64,000 nucleotides of DNA from Bacteroidota bacterium (lineage in GTDB: Bacteria > Bacteroidota > Bacteroidia > UBA7662 > JAYUJN01), in the NCBI GenBank assembly GCA_043765195.1, contig JAYUJN010000055.1, positions 1,041-65,040 of the forward strand, read 5' to 3'. Below, piece by piece: positions 9,934 to 19,681 of the stretch. Positions within the stretch are counted from its first letter, which is position 1. Each line of letters starts with the position of its first letter. The notes under the pieces were generated by a model. The model saw nothing but the letters and a program-made list of their open reading frames with translations. It did not search any database and was not told the origin of the DNA. The translations under genes were made by a program, and so were the position numbers.

Positions 9934-10033
9934 CCAGCACAGCCGCAAAAATGGCGTTAGAAACCTCTAAATCTTTTACGGCAATGCCTATGTGTTCTAT
10001 TTGTTGCATGGTGGGGATTGGAGGTTAGGGTTG
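9934..10033 (-). pseudogene. Truncated duplicate of the mce 5' end (direct repeat copy 2)
   Basis: ATG at 10009 encodes MQQIEHIGIAVKDLEVSNAIFAAVL, then diverges into unrelated sequence. Confidence 0.88.
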
Positions 10034-10480
10034 TTATTTGTTTTTGAAAGTTCTCAATTCAAGTAATTCTTGTGTGTTGAGCACCCGTTTGAAATCCTTT
10101 TTTTTAAGTCCATTATACAAGATTTTATCACCCGTCCACAATGTTCCTTTTAAAAATTTTGTAAGAGCAATAAAATCCACATCGTCAGTATCAATGTCTT
10201 TGCATATTTCTTCTGAGGCTAACCAAATGTTCTGTGGTATAATAGCTTCGTCAATAAATTTTAGTTTGGATAGCACTTGTTGGTGGGAAATTGCAAGTTG
10301 TGCATCGGTAAGTTTTGAAATTTTTTTTAACTTTTCCCAATGTTTATGAATTTCGTAGCGCATATAACTACAGCTAAAAAATTCAAAGTCTTTGTAAGAA
10401 TTGAACAATAAGTTTCCAATAGTTCCATTTGAGTTTAGTAATGTACTAAAAATGATATTGGTATCCACTATTATTTTCAT
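10034..10480 (-). CDS. PIN domain toxin (VapC-like)
   Basis: IIVDTNII, DTDDVDFIAL and LWTGDK acidic PIN motifs. Confidence 0.9.
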   Translation of the reverse strand: MKIIVDTNIIFSTLLNSNGTIGNLLFNSYKDFEFFSCSYMRYEIHKHWEKLKKISKLTDAQLAISHQQVLSKLKFIDEAIIPQNIWLASEEICKDIDTDDVDFIALTKFLKGTLWTGDKILYNGLKKKDFKRVLNTQELLELRTFKNK

Positions 10481-10680
10481 TTTACAAACTTACTGCGGTT
10501 TTCTGCCCACCAGCCTTTTTTCGCATCTCTTGCGAGTTGATCCACATCAGATTGTTTTGCCTTTGATTTCGCCGTAACTTCTTTGTAAATCAAAAAATCA
10601 ACCAAACTTTGAAGCCCGTTTGTATCCACATAAGACGGAAGCCTTATAATTATTTCTTCACTTGTTCTTTCAATTACCAT
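10477..10680 (-). CDS. Putative antitoxin of a type II TA pair
   Basis: 67-aa ORF overlapping the PIN gene start by 4 nt; typical TA layout. Confidence 0.7.
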   Translation of the reverse strand: MVIERTSEEIIIRLPSYVDTNGLQSLVDFLIYKEVTAKSKAKQSDVDQLARDAKKGWWAENRSKFVK

Positions 10681-10728
10681 TTTTTCGGTGTTTGTGTAAA
10701 GTTATCGGTTTTTTCTTTCTAAATACTT

Positions 10729-13700
10729 TTACTGCACAACCAGTTTTTTGGTTGCGTTTTGTGTGCCGCTATTTATGTGGATAAAATAGATGCCTTTCGC
10801 CATGTTTTTGGTATTTATGGGTATTTTTTGGCTCGAAATACTTGTGTATTTTTGCGTAAAAATGGTTTTACCCATCGCATCGGTTACGTTTACAGCCACG
10901 CTTTGGCTTGGTTTTGTAGCAAAAACAATGTGCGTAAGCTCCGTGCTTGGGTTCGGCGATATGGTTATGCGCTGCGATAGCTCTATGTTTTCTAAGCCTA
11001 CGGTTAGCAGTCCACGGCGTAGTTGCAGTTCAAAAGGTGCGTTGGCAAAGCGGGAAATTGCGCCATTGGTGGCACGCACGGTGTGTATCAGTTTTAGGGT
11101 GTCGCCCACGGCTAATCCTCTGGTTGCCAGCAGGCTATCTAAGGCGGTGTAGGTAAATGTGAGTGTGGTGTCGCTGCCCGCATTGTTCGAGCCTGTGGCA
11201 AAAGTTGGGTTGGCAAAGTTGCCGCCTACGGCATCGGTGAGCCAAGTGTAGGTGATGGGCTGGGGCGTGTTGGAGCTGGTTTTTTGCCAAGAAATGGTAG
11301 CCGTGGTACCACCGCCGCCCTGTACATTTATGAGCTGCGAGGCAGTGGGCGTGCGTAGCACAAACGGGCTGAGTTGGGTGGGTAGGTTGGTTACCGAAAA
11401 ATCGTCGAAGGCGAAGCCGCCGCCAGGCGTGGTAGAGCCGTCGGAGCTGAAACAAATGCGGAATATCACGCTTGATTTGCCCGCCAAAACGGGTTCGAAG
11501 GTGCTTACAGCCACCCAGCCTGGCGAGCCATTCATGCCATTGCCCGACCAGCTATCTTGCTTCATTGGTCCAGCCACATTGGTTCGTGGGGTGTTGTACC
11601 AAGTCGGCGATACGCCGCCCAGCACCCGAAACGTAATGCCGCCGTCTGTGCTGTACTTAATATTGGCGTTGTCCCAGTTGGTTTCGCAGCCGTAGTATAT
11701 TTTCAATTCAATTTTCGGGTTGGTTATCGCACTCATATCAAAGCACGGCGACTGTACAAAACCCCTGTCATTGCTGCTGTAATTAGACGTTAGCCGTGTT
11801 TTCCACGCTTTTGTGCCACTTGCGGCGGTGTTCAAGGCTTGGCTGTTGGGTTCGCCCCATTCAAAGCTACAACTATCCGATGCCACATAAAAATTGCCAT
11901 TGCTCGCCTCAAAATTTTCCAAATAAGGAAAGCTCGACACCAAAAATGAGTTGTTTATATAGGCTTCGGCTCTGTTGTTGGTTAGGTCGCCATCGTTGGG
12001 CATATTTGCGCTGGCTTCGGCTCTATACACGCCATTGTTCGCCACATTTATTTGTGTTGTAAATACGTAAGTTGCCGTATCATTTGGGTTGAGTGTGGTG
12101 TTAAAGACCTCATTTACAGCCACTCCGCCGTTTATTTTATACGAAACGGGTATGTTCGTCAGCGTGGTAGCACCCGTGTTTTTTAGGGTAATGCTTAGTG
12201 GCACGCTGCCCGCCAAGCCACAGTTGGATATGTTCGGAAAACTGCTTTTTACCGTCGTTGCGTCTATAAAAGAGGCATTGTCATATACCGAAAAATCGTC
12301 GAACGCAAAACCATCGCCCACGTTGGCTATGCCATCGGCATTAAAATGAATGCGAAAAATCACGTTTGCTTGCCCTTTCAAAAACGACAAATCTTGCTTT
12401 TTAGACAGCCAACCCTGCGAGCCTTGCACGCCGTCGCCGTTCCAGCAGTCTTCGGCTATGGGTCCGCTGATAGAACCCGCCAAACGGTTGTACCACGCCG
12501 CCGAAACGCCGCTGCCCAACACCTGCCACGTGCTGCCGCCGTTTGTGCTGTATTTCACATTGGCATTGTCGTAAGCCGTTTCGCAGTCGTACCATACTTT
12601 TAGCCCCAAAGTGGGTACGGAGCTTGCCGAAAAATTGCTAAAATTAAAACAAGGAGACTGCACATAGCCCCTGTCGTCGTTGAAATACGGAAAAGTCGGC
12701 GCAGTAGTCCATATTTTTGTGCCAGATGCAGCCGCATTAAAAATGTAGTAAGGCTGCGGCGTGCTTAGGGTAAATGAGCTGTATCCGCCTTTGAAAAAAC
12801 CACCAGGACCATTTTCAAAATTCTCTAAATAAGGATAGTTGGTTACGTTGGGCGAACTCACAAAAAAAGTAGAGGCTGCGTTGTTGTTCGGATTTATGTC
12901 GTTTGCTGCGCTATTGGTTACTACTATGTTGTAGGTATTTGGTGCGCCTATGGTGTATGGCGTGGCAAAGGTGTAGTTAATACTGGCGTTGGGGGCTATG
13001 CTGGCTGTTACGGTTTCTGTTACGGGCGCAGCGCCATTTACGCTATACGAAACATTGAAATTGGATACCGTAGCGCCGCCCACATTGCTTATAACCGTGC
13101 TTACTATGGCATTGCCTGCCAGTGCGCAGCCCGAAACTCGGTTGGTTGAGGCATTGTTCAGTGCCAAATCTACCACGGGTGAAAAGTCAAATATCGAAAA
13201 ATCGTCGAAAGCAAAACCATCGCCACTTGGGTAAATGGGGTCGGAGCTGAAATAAATCCGAAAAATTACATTGCTCTGGCTCGCCAAAGCCGAGAGGTTT
13301 TGGCGCACGTACCGCCAGCCGTTGCTGTTGTCGTTCCAGCTATCTTCCATCATTGGTCCAAACATGGTGCTGCCTTGTTTGTTGTACCAAGTTCCCGTTG
13401 TACCCAATATTTGCCACGTAGAGCCGTTGTTGGTGCTGTATTTAATGTTGGCATTGTCCCAGTTTGCCTCGCAGTTGTACCATATTTTCAGACTAAGCAT
13501 GGGTATTTGGCTCGCCCCAAAACTACTAAGGTTAAAGCACGGCGACTCCACGTAGCCCGTTTCGTTGTTGTTGTACAAACCCGTGAGGTTGGTTTTCCAG
13601 GCTTTTGTACCGCTTGCGGCGGCATTTATGGTAGCACCAGCGGGCGTGCCATAGGCAAACGAGGTATTTCCGCCCGCCACAAAACCACCAGCCGAAGCCT

Positions 13701-13821
13701 CAAAATCTTGCGCATAAGGAAAACTACTGATGCACTGCGCATGGCTGTATTGTGGGGCAAGTGTGGCTAAAACGCCCAACACAAGGCAGTTGAGCGTTAC
13801 AAAAGCAATTATTTTATTCAT
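10729..13821 (-). CDS. T9SS-secreted protein with three MAM/jelly-roll-like repeats and CARDB-like Ig domains
   Basis: Signal peptide; three copies of (F/Y)PYxxxFE...AASGTKxW...SPCF...DNANxKYST...GFAFDDFS; CTD ISPNP...KGIYFIHI...KKLVVQ. Confidence 0.85.
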   Translation of the reverse strand: MNKIIAFVTLNCLVLGVLATLAPQYSHAQCISSFPYAQDFEASAGGFVAGGNTSFAYGTPAGATINAAASGTKAWKTNLTGLYNNNETGYVESPCFNLSSFGASQIPMLSLKIWYNCEANWDNANIKYSTNNGSTWQILGTTGTWYNKQGSTMFGPMMEDSWNDNSNGWRYVRQNLSALASQSNVIFRIYFSSDPIYPSGDGFAFDDFSIFDFSPVVDLALNNASTNRVSGCALAGNAIVSTVISNVGGATVSNFNVSYSVNGAAPVTETVTASIAPNASINYTFATPYTIGAPNTYNIVVTNSAANDINPNNNAASTFFVSSPNVTNYPYLENFENGPGGFFKGGYSSFTLSTPQPYYIFNAAASGTKIWTTAPTFPYFNDDRGYVQSPCFNFSNFSASSVPTLGLKVWYDCETAYDNANVKYSTNGGSTWQVLGSGVSAAWYNRLAGSISGPIAEDCWNGDGVQGSQGWLSKKQDLSFLKGQANVIFRIHFNADGIANVGDGFAFDDFSVYDNASFIDATTVKSSFPNISNCGLAGSVPLSITLKNTGATTLTNIPVSYKINGGVAVNEVFNTTLNPNDTATYVFTTQINVANNGVYRAEASANMPNDGDLTNNRAEAYINNSFLVSSFPYLENFEASNGNFYVASDSCSFEWGEPNSQALNTAASGTKAWKTRLTSNYSSNDRGFVQSPCFDMSAITNPKIELKIYYGCETNWDNANIKYSTDGGITFRVLGGVSPTWYNTPRTNVAGPMKQDSWSGNGMNGSPGWVAVSTFEPVLAGKSSVIFRICFSSDGSTTPGGGFAFDDFSVTNLPTQLSPFVLRTPTASQLINVQGGGGTTATISWQKTSSNTPQPITYTWLTDAVGGNFANPTFATGSNNAGSDTTLTFTYTALDSLLATRGLAVGDTLKLIHTVRATNGAISRFANAPFELQLRRGLLTVGLENIELSQRITISPNPSTELTHIVFATKPSQSVAVNVTDAMGKTIFTQKYTSISSQKIPINTKNMAKGIYFIHINSGTQNATKKLVVQ

Positions 13822-13880
13822 TTATTGGGAATTAATTGGTCGTTTTTTTATTTATGAAATGAGCTATCTGGCTCACTCGT

Positions 13881-16244
13881 TTAAAGTTTTACAAAAATTT
13901 GTGGGTTTTGCTCGTGCATTACCTCATACACCAAACTCACGAGGTGTTCGGTGGCAGGTTTGCTAAAATAATCGCCATCGGAGCCGTAGGCGGGGCGGTG
14001 GTTTTTGGCTGTGAGCGTGCGTGGCTTGCTATCCAAGTATTTGTAGGCATTTTGCACCTCCATTATTTGCTGCAATATATAAGCACTTGCGCCGCCTTCT
14101 ATGTCCTCATCAAACACAATGAGGTTGTTGGTTTTTTGTACGGAGCTTACTATAAAATGGTTTAGGTCAAACGGAATTAGGGTTTGTACATCTATTACTT
14201 CTATAAAAATGCCGAGTTTTTCCAGTTCCAATGCAGCCTCTATGGCTATGCGGCAGCAGCTACCGTAGGTTACCACGGTTACGTCGGTGCCGTGGTGCAG
14301 TATTTCGGGTTTGCCCAGTTGTACCGTAAACTGGCTTAGGTTGTCGGGCATTTTTTCTTTGAGCCTATAACCGTTTAGGCATTCTATTACAATGGCGGGC
14401 TCGTCGGCTTGCAGCAGCGTGTTGTATATGCCAGCGGCTTGTACCATGTTTCGGGGTACTGCTACATACATTCCTTGCAATGCGCTCATTATAAGCGACA
14501 TAGGTGAGCCGCTGTGCCAAGTGCCCTCGAGCCTATGCCCACGTGTGCGCACTATCAGTGGGGCTTTTTGCCCCGAAACTGAGCGGTAGCGCAGGCTCGC
14601 CAGGTCGTCGCTTAGTATTTGTATGGCATACAAAAAATAATCTAAGTATTGTATTTCCACCAGCGGGCGCAAACCTCGCATGGCTGCACCGATGCCTTGC
14701 CCCACAATGCTCATTTCCCTGATGCCCGTATCGCCCACACGCAGCTCGCCGTATTTTTTTTGCAGGTTTGCAAATCCCTGATTTACGTCGCCTATTTTGC
14801 CCACATCTTCGCCTATGGCAAAAAATGTAGGGTATTTTTGTAGCGTATCGTCAAAAAACTGGTTTAAAACTTCGTAGCCATTCACCATTTTAGAGCTTTC
14901 GCTGTATTTGGCGTTTACTTCTGGCACATTTAGTGCAGTTTGGCTGTACAAATGGCTGTTGTATGAGTTGGCGTACTGCGCTTTTTGGGCTTCCAACCAT
15001 GTTTTTAGTTGGTTGTATGCTTCGTTTTGTTGGTTGCGGCTGTGCATCACGGCTTTTTGGGCGGCTACCATAATGTCCCTTTTTTCGGTGGGTGCGCTTG
15101 CGCTTAGTTTTTGCGCTATTTGGGTCAATTCCGTATTTGGGGTTAGTGCGCTTATGAGGTTGGTTAGCGTGCTTTTATCTGCCAAAATCGCTTTTTGGTA
15201 GTTGTCCCAAGCGTAATTTTTGCAATCTTTTACGTATTCGGCGGCTTCGTGTTCCAAGCCATTTAGCTCTTGTTGGGTGGCTATGCCTTTTTCCATAATC
15301 CACGCACGCATTTTGGTTATGCAGTCGTGGTCGGTTTCCCATTGCAGGCGTTCGGCGGTTTTGTAGCGCTCGTGCGAGCCAGAGGTAGAATGCCCCTGCG
15401 GCTGGGTAAGCTCCGTGATGTGAAAAACCGCTGGTTCGTGGTGCTGGCGGCTGTGCGCCATGCCCTCGGCAAATGTGCGGCAGAGCGCAGGGTAATCCCA
15501 GCCCTTGCAGGTATGCAGTTGTATGCCCTTTTTTTGGTTGCTCACAAAGCCAGATAGCAGCTCGCTCAGGTTTTCTTTGGTCGTTTGGTGCTTTGCGTGT
15601 ACCGAAATGCCGTACTCATCGTCCCAAATAGCCACCACCAGCGGCACTTGCAGCACGCCAGCGGCATTTATTACTTCCCAAAAATGCCCTTCGCTCGTAC
15701 TGGCATTGCCTATGGTGCAAAAAGAAATTTCGTTGCCATTTGCCGAAAAACCACGGTAGTTTTCTTGGTTCAATGCCTCATTTTGGCGGTAGAGCTTGGA
15801 GGCAAAAGCGATGCCCAAGGCTCTGCCCATTTGCCCGCCCGTGGGCGAAATGTCGGAGGTAGAGTGTTTGCTGGCGGTGAGGTTTTTAAAACTGCCGTCG
15901 TCCTTCAAAAAACGAGTGCCAAAATGCCCGTTCATCATGCGCCCGCCCGAGGCAGGTTCTTCTTTGAGGTCGGTGTTGGCGTAGAGTTGTGCAAAAAACT
16001 TTTTTATATCGCTCATGCCCGTTGCAAACATAAAAGTTTGGTCTCGGTAGTAGCCGCTGCGTATGTCGCCATTCAAAAACGATTTGGCGGCAGCCACTTG
16101 TGCCACCTCTTTGCCATCGCCAAAAATACCAAATTTCGCCTTGCCCGTAAGCACTTCCTTACGCCCAAGTAGGCTGGCTTGGCGGCTTTCAACTGCGATT
16201 CTGTAATCGTTCAGTACTTCTATTTTAAATTCTTCGAAGGTCAT
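13881..16244 (-). CDS. Fused alpha/beta 2-oxoacid (branched-chain type) dehydrogenase E1
   Basis: GDGKE, YYRDQT, GNASTSEG, GHSTSGSHE, GEDVGKIGDVNQG and EIQYLD motifs. Confidence 0.9.
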   Translation of the reverse strand: MTFEEFKIEVLNDYRIAVESRQASLLGRKEVLTGKAKFGIFGDGKEVAQVAAAKSFLNGDIRSGYYRDQTFMFATGMSDIKKFFAQLYANTDLKEEPASGGRMMNGHFGTRFLKDDGSFKNLTASKHSTSDISPTGGQMGRALGIAFASKLYRQNEALNQENYRGFSANGNEISFCTIGNASTSEGHFWEVINAAGVLQVPLVVAIWDDEYGISVHAKHQTTKENLSELLSGFVSNQKKGIQLHTCKGWDYPALCRTFAEGMAHSRQHHEPAVFHITELTQPQGHSTSGSHERYKTAERLQWETDHDCITKMRAWIMEKGIATQQELNGLEHEAAEYVKDCKNYAWDNYQKAILADKSTLTNLISALTPNTELTQIAQKLSASAPTEKRDIMVAAQKAVMHSRNQQNEAYNQLKTWLEAQKAQYANSYNSHLYSQTALNVPEVNAKYSESSKMVNGYEVLNQFFDDTLQKYPTFFAIGEDVGKIGDVNQGFANLQKKYGELRVGDTGIREMSIVGQGIGAAMRGLRPLVEIQYLDYFLYAIQILSDDLASLRYRSVSGQKAPLIVRTRGHRLEGTWHSGSPMSLIMSALQGMYVAVPRNMVQAAGIYNTLLQADEPAIVIECLNGYRLKEKMPDNLSQFTVQLGKPEILHHGTDVTVVTYGSCCRIAIEAALELEKLGIFIEVIDVQTLIPFDLNHFIVSSVQKTNNLIVFDEDIEGGASAYILQQIMEVQNAYKYLDSKPRTLTAKNHRPAYGSDGDYFSKPATEHLVSLVYEVMHEQNPQIFVKL

Positions 16245-16375
16245 TTTTATAAAAAATAGGTGTGGTATATAAAAAATACGTGGCTGTTTTGAGGTGTGGT
16301 TGGTTGCGGTTGCCCATAAATTTTAACGAGCTACAAACAAAGATACAAAAAAAAAGCCTAATCTTGCTTTAATCT

Positions 16376-16405
16376 TAAAAAGCACTTAAAATTAAGTGCT
16401 TTTTA
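16376..16405 (-). terminator. Intrinsic terminator after gltA
   Basis: TAAAAAGCACTTAA-AA-TTAAGTGCTTTTTA inverted repeat. Confidence 0.75.
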
Positions 16406-16413
16406 GTGTTTAT

Positions 16414-17700
16414 TTACCTACTTACAATCGGCACATAATCCCTGAGCGGTGCGCCTGTGTATATTTGCCTTGGTCTGCCTATGGGTTCGTTGTTGGTGCG
16501 CATTTCTTTCCATTGGGCTATCCAGCCTGGTAGCCTGCCCATGGCAAACATTACGGTGAACATTTCGGTGGGTATGCCTATGGCTCTGTAAATAATGCCC
16601 GAGTAAAAATCTACATTTGGGTATAGTTTACGAGAGATGAAGTAATCGTCTTTTAGGGCTACTTCTTCCAGTGCTTTGGCTATTTCGAGTATTTCGTCGT
16701 TTACGCCGAGTTTTTCGAGTATGGCATCGCACGATTTTTTTATAATTTGCGCCCTTGGGTCAAAGTTTTTATACACCCTATGCCCAAAACCCATGAGGCG
16801 TGAGCTTTGGTTTTTGTCTTTTACCATGTCCACGTATTTTTGTACGTTGCCGCCCGTGGCTTTTATTTCTTCCAGCATTTCTATCACCGATTGGTTTGCG
16901 CCGCCGTGGCGTGGTCCCCACAGGGCGGCTATGCCAGCACCCACACTTGCGTACAAGTTGGTGTGTGCCGAGCCTACCATGCGCACGGTGGACGTAGAGC
17001 AGTTTTGCTCGTGGTCGGCGTGTAGTATAAACAGTTTGTCCAGCGCATCTACCACCACGGGGTCGGGTTCGTAGGCTTGGCTGCGCACACCAAAGAACAT
17101 ACTCGCAAAGTTGCTCATATAGTCCAGTCGGTTGTTGGGGTACATATATGGGTGTCCGAGCGATTTTTTGTAGGTCCAAGCGGCTATCGTCGGCATTTTT
17201 GCCATCAGGCGCAGCACATTTCTATTTACCTCTTCGGGCGTTTTGTTGGGGTTTAGCGAGCTGGGGTAAAACGACGACAAAGCCGTAACCACCGACATCA
17301 TTACGCCCATTGGGTGCGTATCCGAGGGGTAGGCGTTCAAAAACTTTTTCACGTTTTCGTGTACCAGCGTGTGCATCGTTATTTCGTGTTCGAAGCTGGA
17401 TAGCTGCTCGGCTGTGGGCAGCTCGCCATATATAAGCAAGTACGATACCTCCATAAACGTGGATTGTTCCGCCAGTTGCTCTATGGCATAGCCTCTATAA
17501 TAGAGCTTGCCAGCGTCGCCATCTATAAAAGTAATTTTGCTTTGGGTAGAGCCCGTATTTTTAAAACCCACATCGAGCGTTATCAGGTTCGAGTCCGATA
17601 GCAGGGTCGAAATATCCACGCCATTTTCATTTTCGGTGCCAGTTGTTACGGGGTATTTGTAGGTTTTTCCCTGATAGGTTATCTCTGCGAAGTCAGCCAT
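16414..17700 (-). CDS. gltA: Citrate synthase
   Basis: LHADHEQNCST, GPRHGGAN, MGFGHRVYKNFDPRA, YPNVDFYSG. Confidence 0.97.
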   Translation of the reverse strand: MADFAEITYQGKTYKYPVTTGTENENGVDISTLLSDSNLITLDVGFKNTGSTQSKITFIDGDAGKLYYRGYAIEQLAEQSTFMEVSYLLIYGELPTAEQLSSFEHEITMHTLVHENVKKFLNAYPSDTHPMGVMMSVVTALSSFYPSSLNPNKTPEEVNRNVLRLMAKMPTIAAWTYKKSLGHPYMYPNNRLDYMSNFASMFFGVRSQAYEPDPVVVDALDKLFILHADHEQNCSTSTVRMVGSAHTNLYASVGAGIAALWGPRHGGANQSVIEMLEEIKATGGNVQKYVDMVKDKNQSSRLMGFGHRVYKNFDPRAQIIKKSCDAILEKLGVNDEILEIAKALEEVALKDDYFISRKLYPNVDFYSGIIYRAIGIPTEMFTVMFAMGRLPGWIAQWKEMRTNNEPIGRPRQIYTGAPLRDYVPIVSR

Positions 17701-17844
17701 TTTTTTGTGTTTTATAGAAGAAAAAATTTAGTGCAAAATACGTTTTACGTCTTTATTTTGGTGTATTATATCCAATACTAAAAACTTTGCCAAAGTTAAT
17801 CAAAAAATCTTAAATTAAGTATTTTATGCCATCATTTTTGGCTT

Positions 17845-18123
17845 TTATTTGTTTTCTATCACCTTCGCCACCTGAAAATACCCGTGCCCGTGCCTCGGCG
17901 CATTGTGCAACGCCTCGGCTTGGGTAAGCTCTTGCGTTACCACATCGGGGCGGGTTTGGTTGGTTTCTTGGTTCATATACACCAGAGGCTTTATGTTGCT
18001 GGTATCCAGTTCGTTGAGCTGGTTTACAAACGCCAAAATGCGCTGCAAATCTTGCTCCATAGCCGCTTTTTCTTCTGTACTAAACGATAGCTGCGCCAGC
18101 GTTGCCAATTTGTCTATGTTCAT
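17845..18123 (-). CDS. gatC: Asp-tRNA(Asn)/Glu-tRNA(Gln) amidotransferase subunit C
   Basis: IDKLATLAQL...ILAFVNQLNELDT...NAP...YFQVAKVI. Confidence 0.9.
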   Translation of the reverse strand: MNIDKLATLAQLSFSTEEKAAMEQDLQRILAFVNQLNELDTSNIKPLVYMNQETNQTRPDVVTQELTQAEALHNAPRHGHGYFQVAKVIENK

Positions 18124-18575
18124 TTATATACCCAAATTTTTGGGGTGGTTATGGTGTTGCTTAGGGTGCTATCTCGGTCCATTATGGTTATTTGGTAGGC
18201 GATGCTGTCGCCTTGTATGTTGGGTGCTACCAGCCCAAAACTGCTAAATTGCAGCGAAATTTCGCCCTCGAGGCTTTTTTTGTTTCCTATGGGCGCAATG
18301 AGGGGCAGCCGAGCCGCAAAATTTACGCTGGTAGCGTTGTTTCGCAAAATTTTATACAGCACGTCATTTACATTTTCACTGGCTGCAAAACCAAGGTTTC
18401 CGTCGCCATCTGTAAACGAAAATTTGATTACAATGCTGTCTTTGGGCGAACGCACGCTCTTGGGGTTTATGTCCAAAAAAACAATGGCGGGCGTAATTGG
18501 ATAGATGGGCGTTTGGTTGCAATTGCTGGCAAGGCAGGGCAATATGCAAACAAATAAAAAGTATTTTAGGCGCAT
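18120..18575 (-). CDS. Hypothetical lipoprotein
   Basis: Hydrophobic N-terminus with Cys; FSFTDGDGNLG motif; overlaps the gatC start. Confidence 0.7.
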   Translation of the reverse strand: MRLKYFLFVCILPCLASNCNQTPIYPITPAIVFLDINPKSVRSPKDSIVIKFSFTDGDGNLGFAASENVNDVLYKILRNNATSVNFAARLPLIAPIGNKKSLEGEISLQFSSFGLVAPNIQGDSIAYQITIMDRDSTLSNTITTPKIWVYK

Positions 18576-18682
18576 TGGGGTTTGTTTAGCTGGTTATAAA
18601 AAACGGATTAAATCTTTTTTAAGTACTAAAACCAGTATTTTAAGCCCAAAAATACTGTATCTTTGCGTCTTTTGCAAGTATT

Positions 18683-19681
18683 ATGTTTTATATGCCCCAA
18701 AATTATGCCGAATGGCTTCAAATTCAACCCCAGAATTTTGAAGAAAAAGCACTTTCTTTGTTCCGATACCAAGCCCAGCATTGCAAAATATACAAGGATT
18801 ACCTTTTTTACCTCAATATTAGCCCGAGCAGGGTGCATTACCCCGAGCATATTCCGTTTTTGCCCATCGAGTTTTTTAAGCAACATGAGGTAAAAACGCA
18901 CAATTTTACGCCAGAGCGTGTGTTTAGCAGCAGCGGCACTTCCAACACCCAAAACAGCCAGCATTTTGTGGCAGATTTGCAGGTGTATCAGGCGAGCTTT
19001 GAGCTTGCTTTTTCTTGTTTTTATGGCGATGTAAAAAATTACTGCGTTTTGGCATTGCTGCCCTCTTATTTGGAGCGGCAAGGCTCGTCGCTGGTGTACA
19101 TGGCGCAGCAGTTTATTGCCCAAAGCGGGCATGAGCGCAGCGGTTTTTATGTAAACGATTACGATGAACTGCTAAAAACTTTGGAGGAACTTGCCCTACA
19201 AAATCAAAAAGTTTTGTTGCTCGGCGTAACCTTTGCGCTGCTGCATTTGGCTCGGAATTACAAGGTGCATTTGGGCAGCGATGTGCTGGTAATGGAAACT
19301 GGCGGCATGAAGGGCAGGGGCAAGGAGCTGGTGCGGGCGGAGCTACACCAAGTTTTGTGCGGCGGTTTGGGCGTGGAGCGCATACACTCCGAGTACGGCA
19401 TGACGGAGCTGCTGTCGCAGGCTTATTCCAAGGGCAAGGGCGTTTTTTATGCGCCGCCCCACCTAAAAATTTTTATTAGAGATGCCGAAAACCCGCTCTA
19501 CACCTACCCACAGGGCAAGGCGGCACGGGGCGGCATCAATGCCATCGATTTTGCCAATGTGCATAGTTGCGCCTTTGTGGCTACCCAAGACCTCGGCAGG
19601 CTGCACACCAACGGCTCTTTTGAGGTGCTGGGCAGGTTCGATTACAGCGATGTGCGTGGCTGCAATTTGCTGCTGGCGTAG
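18683..19681 (+). CDS. LuxE-like acyl-protein synthetase / acyltransferase
   Basis: FSSSGT, LLPSYLERQGSSL, METGGMKGRGKE, SEYGMTELLSQAY, TQDLGR, EVLGR. Confidence 0.85.
   Translation: MFYMPQNYAEWLQIQPQNFEEKALSLFRYQAQHCKIYKDYLFYLNISPSRVHYPEHIPFLPIEFFKQHEVKTHNFTPERVFSSSGTSNTQNSQHFVADLQVYQASFELAFSCFYGDVKNYCVLALLPSYLERQGSSLVYMAQQFIAQSGHERSGFYVNDYDELLKTLEELALQNQKVLLLGVTFALLHLARNYKVHLGSDVLVMETGGMKGRGKELVRAELHQVLCGGLGVERIHSEYGMTELLSQAYSKGKGVFYAPPHLKIFIRDAENPLYTYPQGKAARGGINAIDFANVHSCAFVATQDLGRLHTNGSFEVLGRFDYSDVRGCNLLLA

Noticed and set aside
17845-18123. gatC without gatA/gatB
   Set aside because: Scattered gat genes are unremarkable, and the partners cannot be assessed from one window.
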